Shown: positions 6,488 to 7,002 of the stretch, in pieces
Numbering within the stretch: position 1 is the stretch's first letter
How the letters are laid out: every line of letters begins with the position of its first letter
Virus record (IMG/VR): IMGVR_UViG_2778261498_000010
Span: 1 to 7,002 of that record
Reading direction: 5' to 3' (one strand)
DNA length: 7,002 bases
DNA from: a virus
Lineage: Duplodnaviria > Heunggongvirae > Uroviricota > Caudoviricetes
Notes under the pieces: model-generated
Database searches by the model: none
What the model was told of the DNA's origin: nothing
Seen by the model: the letters and a program-made list of their open reading frames with translations, nothing else
Translations under genes and position numbers: made by a program

Positions 6488-7002
6488 TTCTCCCAGACCT
6501 TAACAATGGCGACCTCTTTTTTCTTTTTGCCCCTGCGGTGATGGCGTTTCTTCTCGCGCGGGAAGGCGTCAGGTATCCACACGCCGTCCTCCTTAAAGCG
6601 AAGCCGGGTTGTCTGCCCGTTCCGGCCTCCGCTGAACTCACGCCCCATCAGGAAAAAGATGGCATCAATGCCGTGGAGTTCGCTGACAATCCGCACCCGC
6701 TGACCGGGCTGCCACAGAACACCATCTGCCGTGCGATGACCTGCAACCAGTGCGACGATATCCAGCCCCGACAGGCGGGCATCACTCATCATTTTTTTTG
6801 CGCGCCAGCTCACCTGCTCCAGATTGCTGGTGTCGCCCTGGGTGATAATCTGCGGGCGGTAATAATCCACGGTGGGGTCGGTGGCCACGGCTTTCATGTT
6901 ATGAATGCCTGTCTGACCACTGTCCGTATTACCGCTGTCCTGCCCGGATAATGTGCGCACGCTGCCGTCCTCGTTCCAGATATCCAGCGGCACCACGGCC
7001 AC
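6484..7002 (-). CDS. gp44/gpD-like baseplate hub protein, C-terminal part only (5' end beyond the window)
   Basis: Open frame running to the window edge with no start inside the window. Its position immediately upstream of the V/gp45-like gene matches the Mu gp44 / P2 gpD slot. Assignment rests mainly on gene order. Confidence 0.55.
   Translation of the reverse strand: MAVVPLDIWNEDGSVRTLSGQDSGNTDSGQTGIHNMKAVATDPTVDYYRPQIITQGDTSNLEQVSWRAKKMMSDARLSGLDIVALVAGHRTADGVLWQPGQRVRIVSELHGIDAIFFLMGREFSGGRNGQTTRLRFKEDGVWIPDAFPREKKRHHRRGKKKKEVAIVKVWEK

Larger units (their letters stand above)
1434..7002 (-). mobile_element. e14/Mu-like prophage tail module (right-end portion of a prophage or prophage remnant), truncated inside the invertase gene
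   Basis: Contiguous, translationally coupled phage baseplate, fibre and chaperone genes plus an invertible segment, ending in an invertase stub next to host genes. The region reads as less AT-rich than the ydiV region, by eye only. Whether head and other tail genes exist beyond base 7002 cannot be seen. Confidence 0.8.

Noticed and set aside
6484-6531. Possible programmed translational frameshift at the A-rich tract near the gp44-like 3' end
   Set aside because: The gp45 reading frame is closed by a stop at 6500-6502 upstream of its ATG, so slippage could not fuse the two proteins. Stop/start overlap with coupling is the simpler reading.
2419-6951. Shadow ORFs on the strand opposite the phage genes (2419-2787, 2666-2977, 2902-3087, 3655-3870, 3726-3959, 4550-4834, 4710-4904, 4946-5254, 5154-5408, 5166-5372, 5576-6052, 5847-6095, 6323-6541, 6538-6951)
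   Set aside because: All are fully embedded antisense or out of frame within confidently assigned, translationally coupled phage genes. They show low-complexity or atypical composition and no recognisable motifs.
1-7002. CRISPR arrays, rRNA, insertion sequences
   Set aside because: No regularly spaced direct repeats, no rRNA-like conserved stretches, and no transposase-like ORF or terminal inverted repeats of an IS element were seen.

Overview
The window spans a chromosome/prophage junction in an enterobacterial, E. coli-like genome. The left ~1.3 kb is host DNA: nlpC (NlpC/P60 lipoprotein) and ydiV (EAL-like anti-FlhD4C2 factor), whose 3' end looks abnormal. From ~1.43 kb to the window end is the tail-distal part of an e14/Mu-like prophage, read mostly on the minus strand: gp44/gpD-like (partial), gp45/V-like spike, gp46-like, gp47/J-like, gp48/YmfQ-like, a short side tail fibre and its Tfa chaperone, then an oppositely oriented Tfa' and a promoterless alternative fibre C-terminal cassette. 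The two fibre cassettes are bracketed by 26-bp hix/gix-like inverted crossover sites (1584-1609 and 3470-3495), giving a ~1.9 kb host-range inversion switch. The cognate serine invertase survives only as a 31-codon N-terminal stub (1434-1529, minus strand) abutting host-type sequence, so the switch appears orphaned. No rRNA, tRNA or CRISPR array was seen. All protein-family and gene-name assignments are from reading the translations and from memory; no database search was run.
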